This document shows positions 43,385-52,792 of a stretch of 64,000 nt of DNA, piece by piece (position 1 is the stretch's first letter; every line of letters starts with the position of its first letter). The notes under the pieces were generated by a model, which was not told the origin of the DNA, ran no database searches, and was given only the letters and a program-made list of their open reading frames with translations. The stretch comes from a virus. Location of the stretch: positions 79,933 to 143,932 of the IMG/VR virus record IMGVR_UViG_3300042502_001732. One strand, written 5' to 3'. The position numbers and the translations under genes are program-made.

Positions 43385-44197
43385 ATGCTCATACACACAT
43401 ACTTTGCAAAAGAAAGGGGGATGGGATTGGGTGATTTTATACGAGGGTCAATCGCGGCAAATCAACTATGCGTGGAATATAGTATACCATTTGAAATTGA
43501 TTTTAGGCAGCACCCAATTGGTCAATATTTACAAAATCAATGTTCGGTTACACCTCCAAATACAAATAAAATTTTAGATTTACAAGACATTCAAAATGCC
43601 ACTCTACGGGCACTACAAACCAATCTTAAAAATCAAATAAATCTAAAAAATTTACGGCGGGATAATTTACATATTTACACAAATGTATGGCCAGTATTTA
43701 AACTACCAAGGCGAATAGTAGAGTCTGTTAGAAAATATTTGCAACCAACTGAAGAGTGTGAACGCGCAATAGTTGCTGCATTAGATTCGTTGACAGATTA
43801 TGAAGTTATTCATGTTCGCGTCGGTGACATACTTTCATTTGGCACTCAAATAGGAGACACTGTTGACTATACAATGGAACAACTTATTGATAGGTTATCT
43901 GTTGTAAAAACTATACAAGATTCTACTACACGTCCATGCATAATAATGTCAGACTCGGCTGAATGTAAGCGCATCTTAGCAGAAAAATATGGTTTGAGAT
44001 GCACTTCTACGGTTCCAAGTCATATGGCACTTGAAAATGATTCTGCGCTTGACACACTAGTAGATTTTTTTATCCTATCACGAGCACGACATATACATCA
44101 GTTTAGTGTGCATCATTGGGGCTCAGGATTTAGTGACTCAGTACACTGGCTCTATCGAGTGCCAATTACAAAACATAAGCTATCTCCCACAAACTAA
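43385..44197 (+). CDS. Fucosyltransferase-like (NodZ/GT11-like) protein
   Basis: GLGDFIRG, IHVRVGD, DFFILS, SGFS; start re-set to MLIHTY. Confidence 0.65.
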   Translation: MLIHTYFAKERGMGLGDFIRGSIAANQLCVEYSIPFEIDFRQHPIGQYLQNQCSVTPPNTNKILDLQDIQNATLRALQTNLKNQINLKNLRRDNLHIYTNVWPVFKLPRRIVESVRKYLQPTEECERAIVAALDSLTDYEVIHVRVGDILSFGTQIGDTVDYTMEQLIDRLSVVKTIQDSTTRPCIIMSDSAECKRILAEKYGLRCTSTVPSHMALENDSALDTLVDFFILSRARHIHQFSVHHWGSGFSDSVHWLYRVPITKHKLSPTN

Positions 44198-44516
44198 TTT
44201 AGCAAGCACTGCAGAAAAGCGATAATCATCAACTGTCGCATCACGCACTTCACTCGTAGTGTCCCAACTATGAGTTGTGTGGTATGTTTCTGTCTTTAAT
44301 ACTTTATTGTTTGCAGTGTCAATATAGTAGTTTGATTGCCAGTCATATACTTCTCGCAGTTTATTAAGAGTAATTTGAAGAATTGTGCAATCATCGAGTT
44401 CAAACTGAGCACCATTTTTATCCTTGATTTTCATGTTGTTATTATAACAATCTTTTTTAATTTGTAAATATAAAAGTAGCCAGCGCAATACAACACTGGC
44501 TACTCGCTATTAACCT

Positions 44517-44735
44517 TTATGCTCCGTGCACAAATGCATAGAGTTCTTCTGCTCTTTCGATAACCTTAGATACAGCTGGTAGTGTGACATCTACAGTAGA
44601 CAAGTCTGATGTTTCCTGTCCGTCCTGATAAATCGTCTCTTTTTGACAATTTAATGCCTCATGATATTGCGTCATAATATCGCCATGAGCGAGTTGCAAT
44701 ACCTCTAGTCGTATTTCGTATGCGTTTTTATTCAT
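44517..44735 (-). CDS. Conserved hypothetical protein of T4-like phages
   Basis: NAYEIRLEVL...RAEELYAFV. Confidence 0.7.
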   Translation of the reverse strand: MNKNAYEIRLEVLQLAHGDIMTQYHEALNCQKETIYQDGQETSDLSTVDVTLPAVSKVIERAEELYAFVHGA

Positions 44736-44803
44736 TTTATTGTGTGTGTTTGTGTGTGTTAAGTATAGAAGACAACCGCGTCCTCTATAGAGTTATATAT
44801 ACG

Positions 44804-44839
44804 AGAAAAGCCACTCAGAGTGACCCGAGTGGCTTTTCT
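44804..44839. terminator. Bidirectional terminator
   Basis: AGAAAAGCCACTC...GAGTGGCTTTTCT. Confidence 0.8.
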
Positions 44840-44859
44840 ATATTATTTTTTAATTAGTA

Positions 44860-46923
44860 TTAGTGTATCAATGCAAGATGTGTGACTTTGTCGTATAGAT
44901 GGGGCACAACATACCATTGCTCTGCATCAGATATATCTTTTGGAGATTCGAGTGCACCAATCTCAAGAAGATCTGTTCCCCATGCAACTGATACTGCTTT
45001 CCACTCGCTGCCTAATTTCATGTGTGACATAAGTTTGCTGCTAGAGATTCGATCAAAATCAGTCTTTGCAAGCAGTTTATATGGGTCGAGTTGATAGAGT
45101 TCGCGGTCTTGAATAAAGAAGATATATTTTCCTTTTACTGGAGTAATTTTAGCGGCTTCTTCGAGAGACTCGCCTTCTACTTCTATGTTTTCCAGGCGAA
45201 CTGGACGCTTTGCATAGGCATCAGCTGCTGTAGAAATATGATCTGCTACAGTTTTCCATGCATTTGCATTTGACTTTCCATCTTTTCCTGCTTGTGACAT
45301 ATTAGCGATGCCTTGCGCGTTGTCTGCGAGTGCCTGTAAGAAAACTAGATAGTCTTTAGGGCTTAGCATATCAATTGATGTTATAAGCTTTTGTACAGCT
45401 GGTGTTGGAACAGCTTCTTCGAGTGTCTCTTCCTCCTTAACAAGATTTTTATAGACTCCACCTGGACCAGACAATTTGCTGCCGGCTGGACGATATTTAC
45501 CAAGTTTATACTTTTTATTATAGTCATCGCGACTCATAGTTCCAGCATTTACTCGGGCCATGTCAACTTGCTTGCGGCGCTTGAGTGCCGCATCTGCTGC
45601 TTCATCCATCTTTTCATCGGGGCAATCAGACTCTTCTTTGTATGTGCCGACATGAGGAAGTTTTGGCTCTTTGATGCCCTTTGACTTTTGCTTGAGATAT
45701 TCTTCAGCGTGATCCTTTGCCTCTTGAGGTGCATTGTATCTAACCGCACTTTGGTATATAACTCTTTTAGTTTTCTTATCAATAATTGTCGGACGATATC
45801 CGCCAAACTGACTCTTTTCTGAAGTTGGGAGATAGTCACCAAGCCAGTTGATTGCTTCATCAATTGTTTTTTCTTCAATGCTCTCTTCTTCTTTATAGAC
45901 TGGATTGCTTTTCTGAGATTTGTTGAGGTCTGGATAATACTTGCGCACTGCTTCAATTGCTTTTTTAGCAATTTCTTTTGTCTTTTTAGCACCATTTGGT
46001 TGCATAATTTCAAACCACATATCTTCAACATAGTCATAAATCTTTGGAAAACGATCAAAGATGTCTTCATGACTTAAACGAATAGACACACTTGTGACGT
46101 CCCAAAGTTTTGAATCTGGGGCGTCGACTATGCTTTGTAATTCGTCGATGAGGTCGGCTGGCTTGCGTAATGGCTTGTATGCTTCAGCAACGTCCTTTTC
46201 TTCAAGTTCAGTCTCTTCCTTTAGTTTGATTGTTTTAAGAAGTAAAAATTCTGAGCTGCCCATCTTGCGTTGATTAAACGCAATTGTTGTCTTTGGAAGA
46301 TCTTTTGCCTTGAATGTAATGCTGTTAGTCCCAATTTCTAACACCTTGCCAAAGTTTGTAGTGTCGCCAACCTTTAGGGTGTCGACGATTGACTTGACGT
46401 CTTCGACTCCTTCTTCAAGAGTATCAGCGCTTTCACGAATGGTATTGTTATAGATGTCATTTATCAATGCATACTCATCATCGCTTAATAATGTTTTGAG
46501 ACGTGCACTATAAGCTCTAACTAGCTTTTTACGCTCTTCGTTATTCTTTTTAGCTTCTTCTGTAGATTTTGATGAATAAGGAAAAGATTTAATTTGTGAA
46601 ATAAGCTCTTTTGATTTGCTGTCCTTTAAGATTTTATCAAGTGTGCTCTTTAAGAATTGTGCAGACTCCTTTGCGTCTCTTTCGTCTGCTTTATCTGAAA
46701 GATATCTTTTTATTGCGCCACCAAATATAGCAGCTACACCAATTCCTCCTCCAATTACTAATGCTGCTACAATATCAATAATGTCTTTTACATACATTGA
46801 TTGGATAAGGTTCCAATCAATTGCTTCGTCAAGAGTATCAGACTCTTGCAGTTGAGTTTTGCCAGTTAGAATTGCTGTAGCTGCAGCATACATCGGGTCT
46901 TGGTGATAGTGGAAGTTATTCAT
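44860..46923 (-). CDS. Multi-module late protein with D(P/S)L..AA..IL leader
   Basis: 687 aa; TATAAATA at 46933-46940; repeated acidic LxE linkers. Confidence 0.8.
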   Translation of the reverse strand: MNNFHYHQDPMYAAATAILTGKTQLQESDTLDEAIDWNLIQSMYVKDIIDIVAALVIGGGIGVAAIFGGAIKRYLSDKADERDAKESAQFLKSTLDKILKDSKSKELISQIKSFPYSSKSTEEAKKNNEERKKLVRAYSARLKTLLSDDEYALINDIYNNTIRESADTLEEGVEDVKSIVDTLKVGDTTNFGKVLEIGTNSITFKAKDLPKTTIAFNQRKMGSSEFLLLKTIKLKEETELEEKDVAEAYKPLRKPADLIDELQSIVDAPDSKLWDVTSVSIRLSHEDIFDRFPKIYDYVEDMWFEIMQPNGAKKTKEIAKKAIEAVRKYYPDLNKSQKSNPVYKEEESIEEKTIDEAINWLGDYLPTSEKSQFGGYRPTIIDKKTKRVIYQSAVRYNAPQEAKDHAEEYLKQKSKGIKEPKLPHVGTYKEESDCPDEKMDEAADAALKRRKQVDMARVNAGTMSRDDYNKKYKLGKYRPAGSKLSGPGGVYKNLVKEEETLEEAVPTPAVQKLITSIDMLSPKDYLVFLQALADNAQGIANMSQAGKDGKSNANAWKTVADHISTAADAYAKRPVRLENIEVEGESLEEAAKITPVKGKYIFFIQDRELYQLDPYKLLAKTDFDRISSSKLMSHMKLGSEWKAVSVAWGTDLLEIGALESPKDISDAEQWYVVPHLYDKVTHLALIH

Positions 46924-46941
46924 GTGTTAATTTATTTATAT

Positions 46942-47385
46942 TTAGTTTAGTTCGTTAATTTCTAATTTTTGATCGAAGGTTTTGAAATAGTATTTGCTGT
47001 CGCTGTGTTGCTTTGCAATCTCATAGACCTTTTCAGCAGACGTCTTTGGATTTGCGATGTGTGTTACGTCTTGACTATAGACATTAAAATAACTTTCGCC
47101 ATCTTCTTTTTCGATTGTATAGAATGTGGTCTTGGTAATCCACCCTTTGTTCGACTGCTTGAAAATCATAATAGCAATTGTGTCAGCGTCTTCTTGAGCT
47201 GCAGAAAATCCACCATTTTTACCAAATACATGATTGTTTTTTGACTTTATCATTGCAGCACCCTTAGAAGCTTTAAGTTCTTTAAGGGCAGACGCATGCG
47301 ATGCATCTTCTGTTAATGATTCTCTGCCGAGTATCTTTGCTGCAGCGGCATACAACGGGTCTTGGTTGTAATGAAAATTATTCAT
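46942..47385 (-). CDS. Leader-family protein
   Basis: MNNFHYNQDPLYAAAAKIL...LTE. Confidence 0.75.
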   Translation of the reverse strand: MNNFHYNQDPLYAAAAKILGRESLTEDASHASALKELKASKGAAMIKSKNNHVFGKNGGFSAAQEDADTIAIMIFKQSNKGWITKTTFYTIEKEDGESYFNVYSQDVTHIANPKTSAEKVYEIAKQHSDSKYYFKTFDQKLEINELN

Positions 47386-47394
47386 ATGTCTTAT

Positions 47395-47892
47395 TTATTC
47401 TGCTTCCTTTGTGCTCTCAATATAGTCACGAGCACTGACAACATATTCTTCTGCCTTTACAAGATTTGCTTGAACGTGCTCTGGTAAATTTTCGTCGTCG
47501 CTTAGCATGTCATGCAATCCTTTTGCGTTGCGAATGATTGTGCGAAGTGCGGTCTTTGCCATGCTGCCTTCAGCGTCATACTCGCCTGCGTCTTGTTCGG
47601 CAGCTTCCTTTACGTTTCCATACTGATATGAAACAGGAACACTTTCTCCATCTTTAAAAGTTTTTGCAGAAGACTTTATGGAATTTAATGCAGTTATAAG
47701 TGAGTTGATCTTCTTTGGATCAAAGTCATCGCCACGTTTTATTGAATCAACAAATTGTTGAAATGATTTGCCTAGCGTGTATAATTCATTGTTGATGACA
47801 TGTCCAGGCAAACGCATAAAAGACTCTTGTAAGTCTTCGGGCTTGCCTTGAAGGATTCTTGTTGCTGCTTCTATAAGCGGGTTTTTATGCAT
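47395..47892 (-). CDS. Leader-family protein
   Basis: MHKNPLIEAATRIL...LQE; EYDAEGSMAK...LPEHVQ module. Confidence 0.75.
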   Translation of the reverse strand: MHKNPLIEAATRILQGKPEDLQESFMRLPGHVINNELYTLGKSFQQFVDSIKRGDDFDPKKINSLITALNSIKSSAKTFKDGESVPVSYQYGNVKEAAEQDAGEYDAEGSMAKTALRTIIRNAKGLHDMLSDDENLPEHVQANLVKAEEYVVSARDYIESTKEAE

Positions 47893-48454
47893 ATCTTTCG
47901 TTTCTATTTTTCCAAATTTGTGCTGCCTTGTAGATTAATGCAGAGATGTTGCTTGATTCTTTATAACCAGAACTTTCTCCTCCGTCAAAATATCCATCAA
48001 GCGCAAATAAGAAATCTTCCATTTCATCTTCATCCAGATTGCGCACTGCTCCCATTGCCTTTTTAGCAAGTGGAAATTTAGCGGTGTAATATTCCTGTAG
48101 TGTCTCACCTTTATCTTCAACACCTTCATTATAACCATACTTTTCACCGGTCTTTAATCCGCTTGCTGCTCTTGCTGCGTCATAGAGGTGATCACTTATT
48201 TTTTTAATGACGCCTCTTGGATTGCCTTTGTGATCACGTGATGATGCATATTTTGTCATCTCGTCCATATGATCTGCAAATGCAAGTAAAAATTCTTGCA
48301 TTTGACTTCTATTTAAATTGTCAATTTCTGCTAATAGGCGTTTTATAATTGCGCTCTGTGCTTCTTGAAGACACCCGTCTGAGGTCTTGCCCTCCAGAAT
48401 CGTTGCTGCAGCACTCACAAGAGAGTCATTTTTATAGTTGTCAAAGGGTTGCAT
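47885..48454 (-). CDS. Leader-family protein with two helical repeat modules
   Basis: NDSLVSAAATIL...LQE; TATAAATA at 48462-48469. Confidence 0.75.
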   Translation of the reverse strand: MQPFDNYKNDSLVSAAATILEGKTSDGCLQEAQSAIIKRLLAEIDNLNRSQMQEFLLAFADHMDEMTKYASSRDHKGNPRGVIKKISDHLYDAARAASGLKTGEKYGYNEGVEDKGETLQEYYTAKFPLAKKAMGAVRNLDEDEMEDFLFALDGYFDGGESSGYKESSNISALIYKAAQIWKNRNERYA

Positions 48455-48508
48455 ATAAGACTATTTATACAATTTCATAATTCGAAAAATGTATAAATAA
48501 GATAGATT

Positions 48509-48967
48509 ATGAATAATTTCACATCATACAAAGAAGACCCATTGGTTTCTGCCGCTGCACATGTGTTGTCTCAAGAACAATTAAGCGAAGGCATTGTAAC
48601 CTTTCCGAGCTATCGTGCCAAAGGCAAAGGCATCTACATTGGAAAAGATCTCATAAGCAAAGACGATTTTGGTTCATTTGTCGATACTGTAAACAGACAA
48701 GTAGACAAGTTTCCACTCTTTGGAAAATATCTTGAAGTTCACTCTGGCTCTGACAGCATTCGCGGAGAGTGTGTTGGCTATGCTCATATTCATGGCGCGC
48801 CAATGCTGCTCATTCGCGACAGCAACTATAAAGAAGTATGGATTGATGCAGATCGTGCTCAACGTGAGATTTATGCATTTACTCCAGCTAAAAAGGATGT
48901 CACTACAACCGGCACCGGATCAAGTGATAATCCAATGCTTTACAGCTTTGGCAAGACTAACTATTAA
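48509..48967 (+). CDS. Leader-family protein
   Basis: EDPLVSAAAHVL...LSE; TATAAATA at 48492-48499. Confidence 0.75.
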   Translation: MNNFTSYKEDPLVSAAAHVLSQEQLSEGIVTFPSYRAKGKGIYIGKDLISKDDFGSFVDTVNRQVDKFPLFGKYLEVHSGSDSIRGECVGYAHIHGAPMLLIRDSNYKEVWIDADRAQREIYAFTPAKKDVTTTGTGSSDNPMLYSFGKTNY

Positions 48968-48969
48968 GT

Positions 48970-49053
48970 TGGTGGGCAAGGAGGGACTTGAACCCTCACG
49001 CATCACTGCACGGGCTTCTAAAACCCGCGTGGCTACCATTACACCACTTGCCC
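48970..49053 (-). tRNA. tRNA-Leu(UAG)
   Basis: CGGGT-TT-TAG-AA-GCCCG, long V-arm, CCA. Confidence 0.9.
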
Positions 49054-49057
49054 AAAT

Positions 49058-49094
49058 AAAAAACGGAGCCAACATAGAGAAGGCTCCGTTTTTG
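49058..49094. terminator. Bidirectional terminator
   Basis: AAAAACGGAGCC...GGCTCCGTTTTT. Confidence 0.8.
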
Positions 49095-49112
49095 TTTTAT
49101 ATTCTTATAATA

Positions 49113-49853
49113 TTAGAATGTCTTCTTAAACTCAATTCCACCGAAGAAAAGATTCTTCATGTCTGAATGCACACCAACCGAGTCATCAAGACCAAGTGAG
49201 TATGAGACAAACGGAACAGCGGTCACGCCTTGCACAACTGGAATGTCAGTCGACACAGTGGTCTCAAAGTGAGTACACTGTCCTTCTTGAGCGAGATAGC
49301 CAAGCTCAGCGCGAAAGTCAAGCATCAATGAAGATCCAAAATCATCACTGTATGTTGCAGCAAGTTCGCTATAGCTGTTATTGTCACCAACAAGTCCGAC
49401 ATACTGAGTAAGCGAAAGATCGATTGGACCAACTGCACGTGATACAGTCAAGCCAGCTTCTTGCGATTGTCCTTCCTGTCCTGCATAGTCTTGCGAATAC
49501 CAGGTATAGCTCAAAGATACGAGATAGTCAGCAACACTCTTAGAAAAGATTGCAGAGAGCTCAGTAGCTTCGTCCTTCCCAGTTGTTTCAGCGTTTGCAT
49601 AGTCAGCGCTAAGTGCCAACGAAACGTCCGCAGGAAGTTCAGTTGTCGTTTTGACGATTGCATTTGCTTCATTTGCACCTAGATCAGCACCACGCCAAAC
49701 CTTATCAGAAGAGTAGCCAGTTTCAAGCGTCACCGGCGTGAATGCTGAAGGAGCGTCTTCGATTGGGCCTGCATAGGCATAGTTAAGAGCAGCAAGTGCT
49801 GCAATAAGTCCGACTTTAACGATTTGTGTTTGTTTTTTCATATTATAGTTCAT
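49113..49853 (-). CDS. Outer-membrane beta-barrel protein, copy 2
   Basis: Signal peptide; ETGYSS..VWRGADLG; FFGGIEFKKTF; paralog of 1193-1930. Confidence 0.7.
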   Translation of the reverse strand: MNYNMKKQTQIVKVGLIAALAALNYAYAGPIEDAPSAFTPVTLETGYSSDKVWRGADLGANEANAIVKTTTELPADVSLALSADYANAETTGKDEATELSAIFSKSVADYLVSLSYTWYSQDYAGQEGQSQEAGLTVSRAVGPIDLSLTQYVGLVGDNNSYSELAATYSDDFGSSLMLDFRAELGYLAQEGQCTHFETTVSTDIPVVQGVTAVPFVSYSLGLDDSVGVHSDMKNLFFGGIEFKKTF

Positions 49854-49874
49854 TTTGTTTTTCAGGGGGAGAAG

Positions 49875-49949
49875 TGGTGGGGAGTGAGGGATTCAAACCC
49901 CCGGCCGACTCGGTGTAAACGAGATGCTCTATCGCTGAGCTAACTCCCC
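49875..49949 (-). tRNA. tRNA-Val(UAC)
   Basis: CTCG-TT-TAC-AC-CGAG; slightly atypical D- and T-loops. Confidence 0.85.
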
Positions 49950-49969
49950 ATAAAAGTATCTATATGTGT

Positions 49970-50059
49970 TGGCGGAACGTGTAGGATTTGAACCTACGGT
50001 AGAGTTGCCCCTACATTTCCTTAGCAGGGAAACACTTTCGACCACTCAGTCAACGTTCC
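49970..50059 (-). tRNA. tRNA-Ser(GCU)
   Basis: TTTCC-CT-GCT-AA-GGAAA, long V-arm, G73. Confidence 0.92.
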
Positions 50060-50063
50060 AAAA

Positions 50064-50154
50064 TGGCGGGTAGAGTAGGATTCGAACCCACGGAGGCGAT
50101 TAAACCTCTCTCGATTTCAAGTCGAGCGCCTTAGACCAACTCAGCCATCTACCC
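50064..50154 (-). tRNA. tRNA-Ser(UGA)
   Basis: CTCGA-CT-TGA-AA-TCGAG, long V-arm. Confidence 0.92.
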
Positions 50155-50160
50155 TAAAAT

Positions 50161-50958
50161 TTATAAGCCGTCAGACAGGTCATAGATGCGATTTGAAACA
50201 TCAACTGACTTGTCTTTCATGAGTGTTTTGGAAAGTGTGCTGTTGTATGACAGCAGCAGTGCAATTGCAAGTGGATCAAACACAGCAATGATTATGCATA
50301 TAAAGGCCATTACGATTGTATCGAGCGGCAGATTAAACTGATCGGCAATAAACTTAAACGTTCCAATGTCTTTTGATGCCGACATCTTGAGTTTTAGCTC
50401 TTGTATTTGTGTGTCAAGCTCTCTCTTGCTGTCTTGCAGTTGAACTATTCTCTCGCGCTGTGCTTGCATTTCAGCCGCTGTTCTTTCAATATCGGCATAG
50501 ATTGGTCGTGCATTTGCCGCAGACATCTTTGGCAAGCGTTCTTCTTGTGACCGCCGCGCAGCGTTTAGTGTCTCTATTCGTGAGTTGATTTGTGAGACTT
50601 CAGAGTCGATGCCGCTCTTACGTTCTTGAAGAGACCCAACCTGGGAGTCGATGTTAGAAAATTGTATTGAGTTTACAGCATAGGCAGACGATAGATAACC
50701 AAAAATACCGAGTGAAGTTATACACATGAGTACGAGTGTCGCAGTGACGAGATAGCCCTTTAAGAGCGCTGATGTGTATGCCCAATAGTGATGCAAATAG
50801 GTCGTCGCTACAAGTTTGCCAATCTCTAGTGCACTTGCCATGATGAGCACTGAAACATAGCTACCACTAAAGAGTGTAGCAATGCCAAGTACTGAAAACC
50901 ATGCGGCACATCCAGCCACAAGTAGACTAGTAATGAATAGCAGTGCACGTAAAACCAT
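50161..50958 (-). CDS. Membrane/coiled-coil phage protein
   Basis: Three N-terminal TMs (MASALEIGKLV), coiled coil, C-terminal TM with FDPLA. Confidence 0.75.
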   Translation of the reverse strand: MVLRALLFITSLLVAGCAAWFSVLGIATLFSGSYVSVLIMASALEIGKLVATTYLHHYWAYTSALLKGYLVTATLVLMCITSLGIFGYLSSAYAVNSIQFSNIDSQVGSLQERKSGIDSEVSQINSRIETLNAARRSQEERLPKMSAANARPIYADIERTAAEMQAQRERIVQLQDSKRELDTQIQELKLKMSASKDIGTFKFIADQFNLPLDTIVMAFICIIIAVFDPLAIALLLSYNSTLSKTLMKDKSVDVSNRIYDLSDGL

Positions 50959-50974
50959 GTCATGATATTTATAA

Positions 50975-50994
50975 TGGTGGGCCCGGTTGGGTTC
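50975..50994 (-). pseudogene. 3' remnant of a disrupted tRNA
   Basis: GAAC-CCAAC-CGGGCCC-A-CCA; acceptor strand pairs with the 5' half at 51636-51668. Confidence 0.75.
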
Positions 50995-51004
50995 TTATTA
51001 AAAA

Positions 51005-51080
51005 TGGTAGGCCCGCTCGGATTCGAACCGAGGGTCACCCGATTATGAGTCGGACGCTTTCACCGCTAAGCTACGAGCCT
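51005..51080 (-). tRNA. tRNA(CAU), probably Ile2
   Basis: TCCGA-CT-CAT-AA-TCGGG; AGGCTCG/CGGGCCT acceptor. Confidence 0.88.
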
Positions 51081-51090
51081 TTATAGAAAT

Positions 51091-51615
51091 TTAGTTCTTA
51101 GAAATATTTCGATTTTTTAAAGAATTTGAAATTTTTTGTTTTGTTTCTTCGCTCATCGGCTTTCTTAATTTTGCTGCTTTCGAAATATTTTGCTTTGCAG
51201 TTTCACTAAGTTTTCTACCTTTTGATGAAGAACCACCACGTTTTCCAGCATCAATAAATTTTTGTTTATTATCACTGGAATTTAAAGTTTTTTTAATTTG
51301 TGAAATAGTTTCATTTGAATGAGATTTGCCTTTAAAATGTGATCCACCTTCACCGCCGACTCCCATGTTATAAGTGTCCTTGCAATTTACAAATTCTTCA
51401 GTAATCAATTCTCTTTCTTTTGCATTCATCTCCTCTTCTGTTTGGAAAATAAACAATATTTCTTTTTGAAAATTTTCCTTACCATATTTTAATATAGCTT
51501 CCTTGATTGCCTTTCCGGAACCATAATACGAATCATTTGGATTAGCAGTTTGATGTTTACCTATATAAAATTTATTATTGATTAGATTTGTAGTTTTATA
51601 GATTGTATAGAACAT
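51091..51615 (-). CDS. GIY-YIG (Seg-like) homing endonuclease with NUMOD3-like repeats
   Basis: YTIYKTTNLINNKFYIGKH, YYGSG, HSNETI/LSETAK/MSEETK; start MFYTIY after TATAAATA at 51621. Confidence 0.88.
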   Translation of the reverse strand: MFYTIYKTTNLINNKFYIGKHQTANPNDSYYGSGKAIKEAILKYGKENFQKEILFIFQTEEEMNAKERELITEEFVNCKDTYNMGVGGEGGSHFKGKSHSNETISQIKKTLNSSDNKQKFIDAGKRGGSSSKGRKLSETAKQNISKAAKLRKPMSEETKQKISNSLKNRNISKN

Positions 51616-51635
51616 AATTCTATTTATACAATCAT

Positions 51636-51668
51636 AGACCCCTGCTCTTACCGCTGAGCTACAAGCCC
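51636..51668 (-). pseudogene. 5' half of a tRNA (positions 1-33)
   Basis: GGGCTTG-TA-GCTC-AGCGGTAA-GAGC-A-GGGGT-CT, then break. Confidence 0.85.
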
Positions 51669-51873
51669 CTTTCATTATAAAACTGGTCCGTTTTCTTTTT
51701 GTTCGTGATCTATGTATTGCCCAATATGTTGATGAACATTCAGCGATCGACGAAATGATTCATGCTCAAGTTTGGCTATTCGCTCTCTAAGTTCATTCAT
51801 CTCAGAGAGTAGCGCTTCTACTTCGGCGTCAATCAAACTTTTAATATGTTCTGTATTCATAATCTTTTAAAGA

Positions 51874-51958
51874 TGGTAGCTATGGTCGGACTCGAACCGA
51901 CAAGCCATAAGGCAACGAATTTTAAGTTCGCAATGTTTACCAATTTCATCACACAGCC
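51874..51958 (-). tRNA. tRNA-Leu(UAA)
   Basis: GCGAA-CT-TAA-AA-TTCGT, V-arm, CCA. Confidence 0.9.
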
Positions 51959-52047
51959 ATAGAAAATTTAGAGGTTGTCGACGAGATAATTGTTCGACTT
52001 TAGGGACCTCATGCTCCTGTAAGCGATACCACCACAGTACCGAAATT

Positions 52048-52680
52048 TTATTTATTAGAGATATTATAATTCTTACATGATTCTAAAGAATTTAGAATAA
52101 CAATATTGTCATATTGATTTAACAAACATTTTAATTTTTCATTTTGAACTTTAATTGCTTGGGGATTTTTTGGATCTAGATATAGATTATATTCTGGAAG
52201 ATAAAAATCTGGAAAATAATTATGTGTTATACCATCTTTATCAATCCATGGCAATGGACTTGGTCTAAGCCAAGTAATATTACATTCATCTAAACGTTTA
52301 GCGAGTTCTAATTCCCATGAAGAATCTAACATTATTCCATTATATTCAATAATTCCTCTTCTTAATCTTCTATGAGGTGAAGAAAGCGCCTTTTCTTTCA
52401 TCAATTGTTTAGATTTTTCAGTATGTTTTCTTCCTTTCCAATAGTTATTATTAATTAACGGCGAAACTATTTGCTTTCCCTCAGATTTTGCTTTATCATA
52501 TTGATTAGTAATTCCAGATTCTTTTTTCGCTAAATTCATAGCAGCAACAGCCTTTAATGAACCATTTTTATATTCAGTTCTTTTTGGGTTTTCTTTACAC
52601 CATCTACTATGGTTTGCCATCCATCCACTTGGTTTATCGCACAAATCAAATTCTTCTTTACAGTGTTTACATTTATTCAT
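52048..52680 (-). CDS. PD-(D/E)xK-type putative homing endonuclease
   Basis: N-terminal CKHC..H..WC; HTEKSK; DSSWE...YFPDFYLPEYNLYLDPK. Confidence 0.8.
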   Translation of the reverse strand: MNKCKHCKEEFDLCDKPSGWMANHSRWCKENPKRTEYKNGSLKAVAAMNLAKKESGITNQYDKAKSEGKQIVSPLINNNYWKGRKHTEKSKQLMKEKALSSPHRRLRRGIIEYNGIMLDSSWELELAKRLDECNITWLRPSPLPWIDKDGITHNYFPDFYLPEYNLYLDPKNPQAIKVQNEKLKCLLNQYDNIVILNSLESCKNYNISNK

Positions 52681-52696
52681 AATAGTGTTTTTAAAT

Positions 52697-52771
52697 TGGT
52701 GGGTATACTAGGATTCGAACCTAGGCGAAGGATTTAGAAGACCCTGATGCTATCCATTACATTATATACCC
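52697..52771 (-). tRNA. tRNA-Arg(UCU)
   Basis: AGGGT-CT-TCT-AA-ATCCT; D-loop GGATA. Confidence 0.88.
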
Positions 52772-52792
52772 ATACACTATTATTTATAAATT

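Noticed and set aside
51091-51668. Nuclease inserts as ORF-containing group I introns in tRNAs
   Set aside because: No group I core motifs or matching 3' exon starting at position 34; a complete separate tRNA is present instead
51616-51675. N-terminal extension of the GIY-YIG ORF in the track
   Set aside because: Runs through the tRNA half and promoter; likely start is 51615
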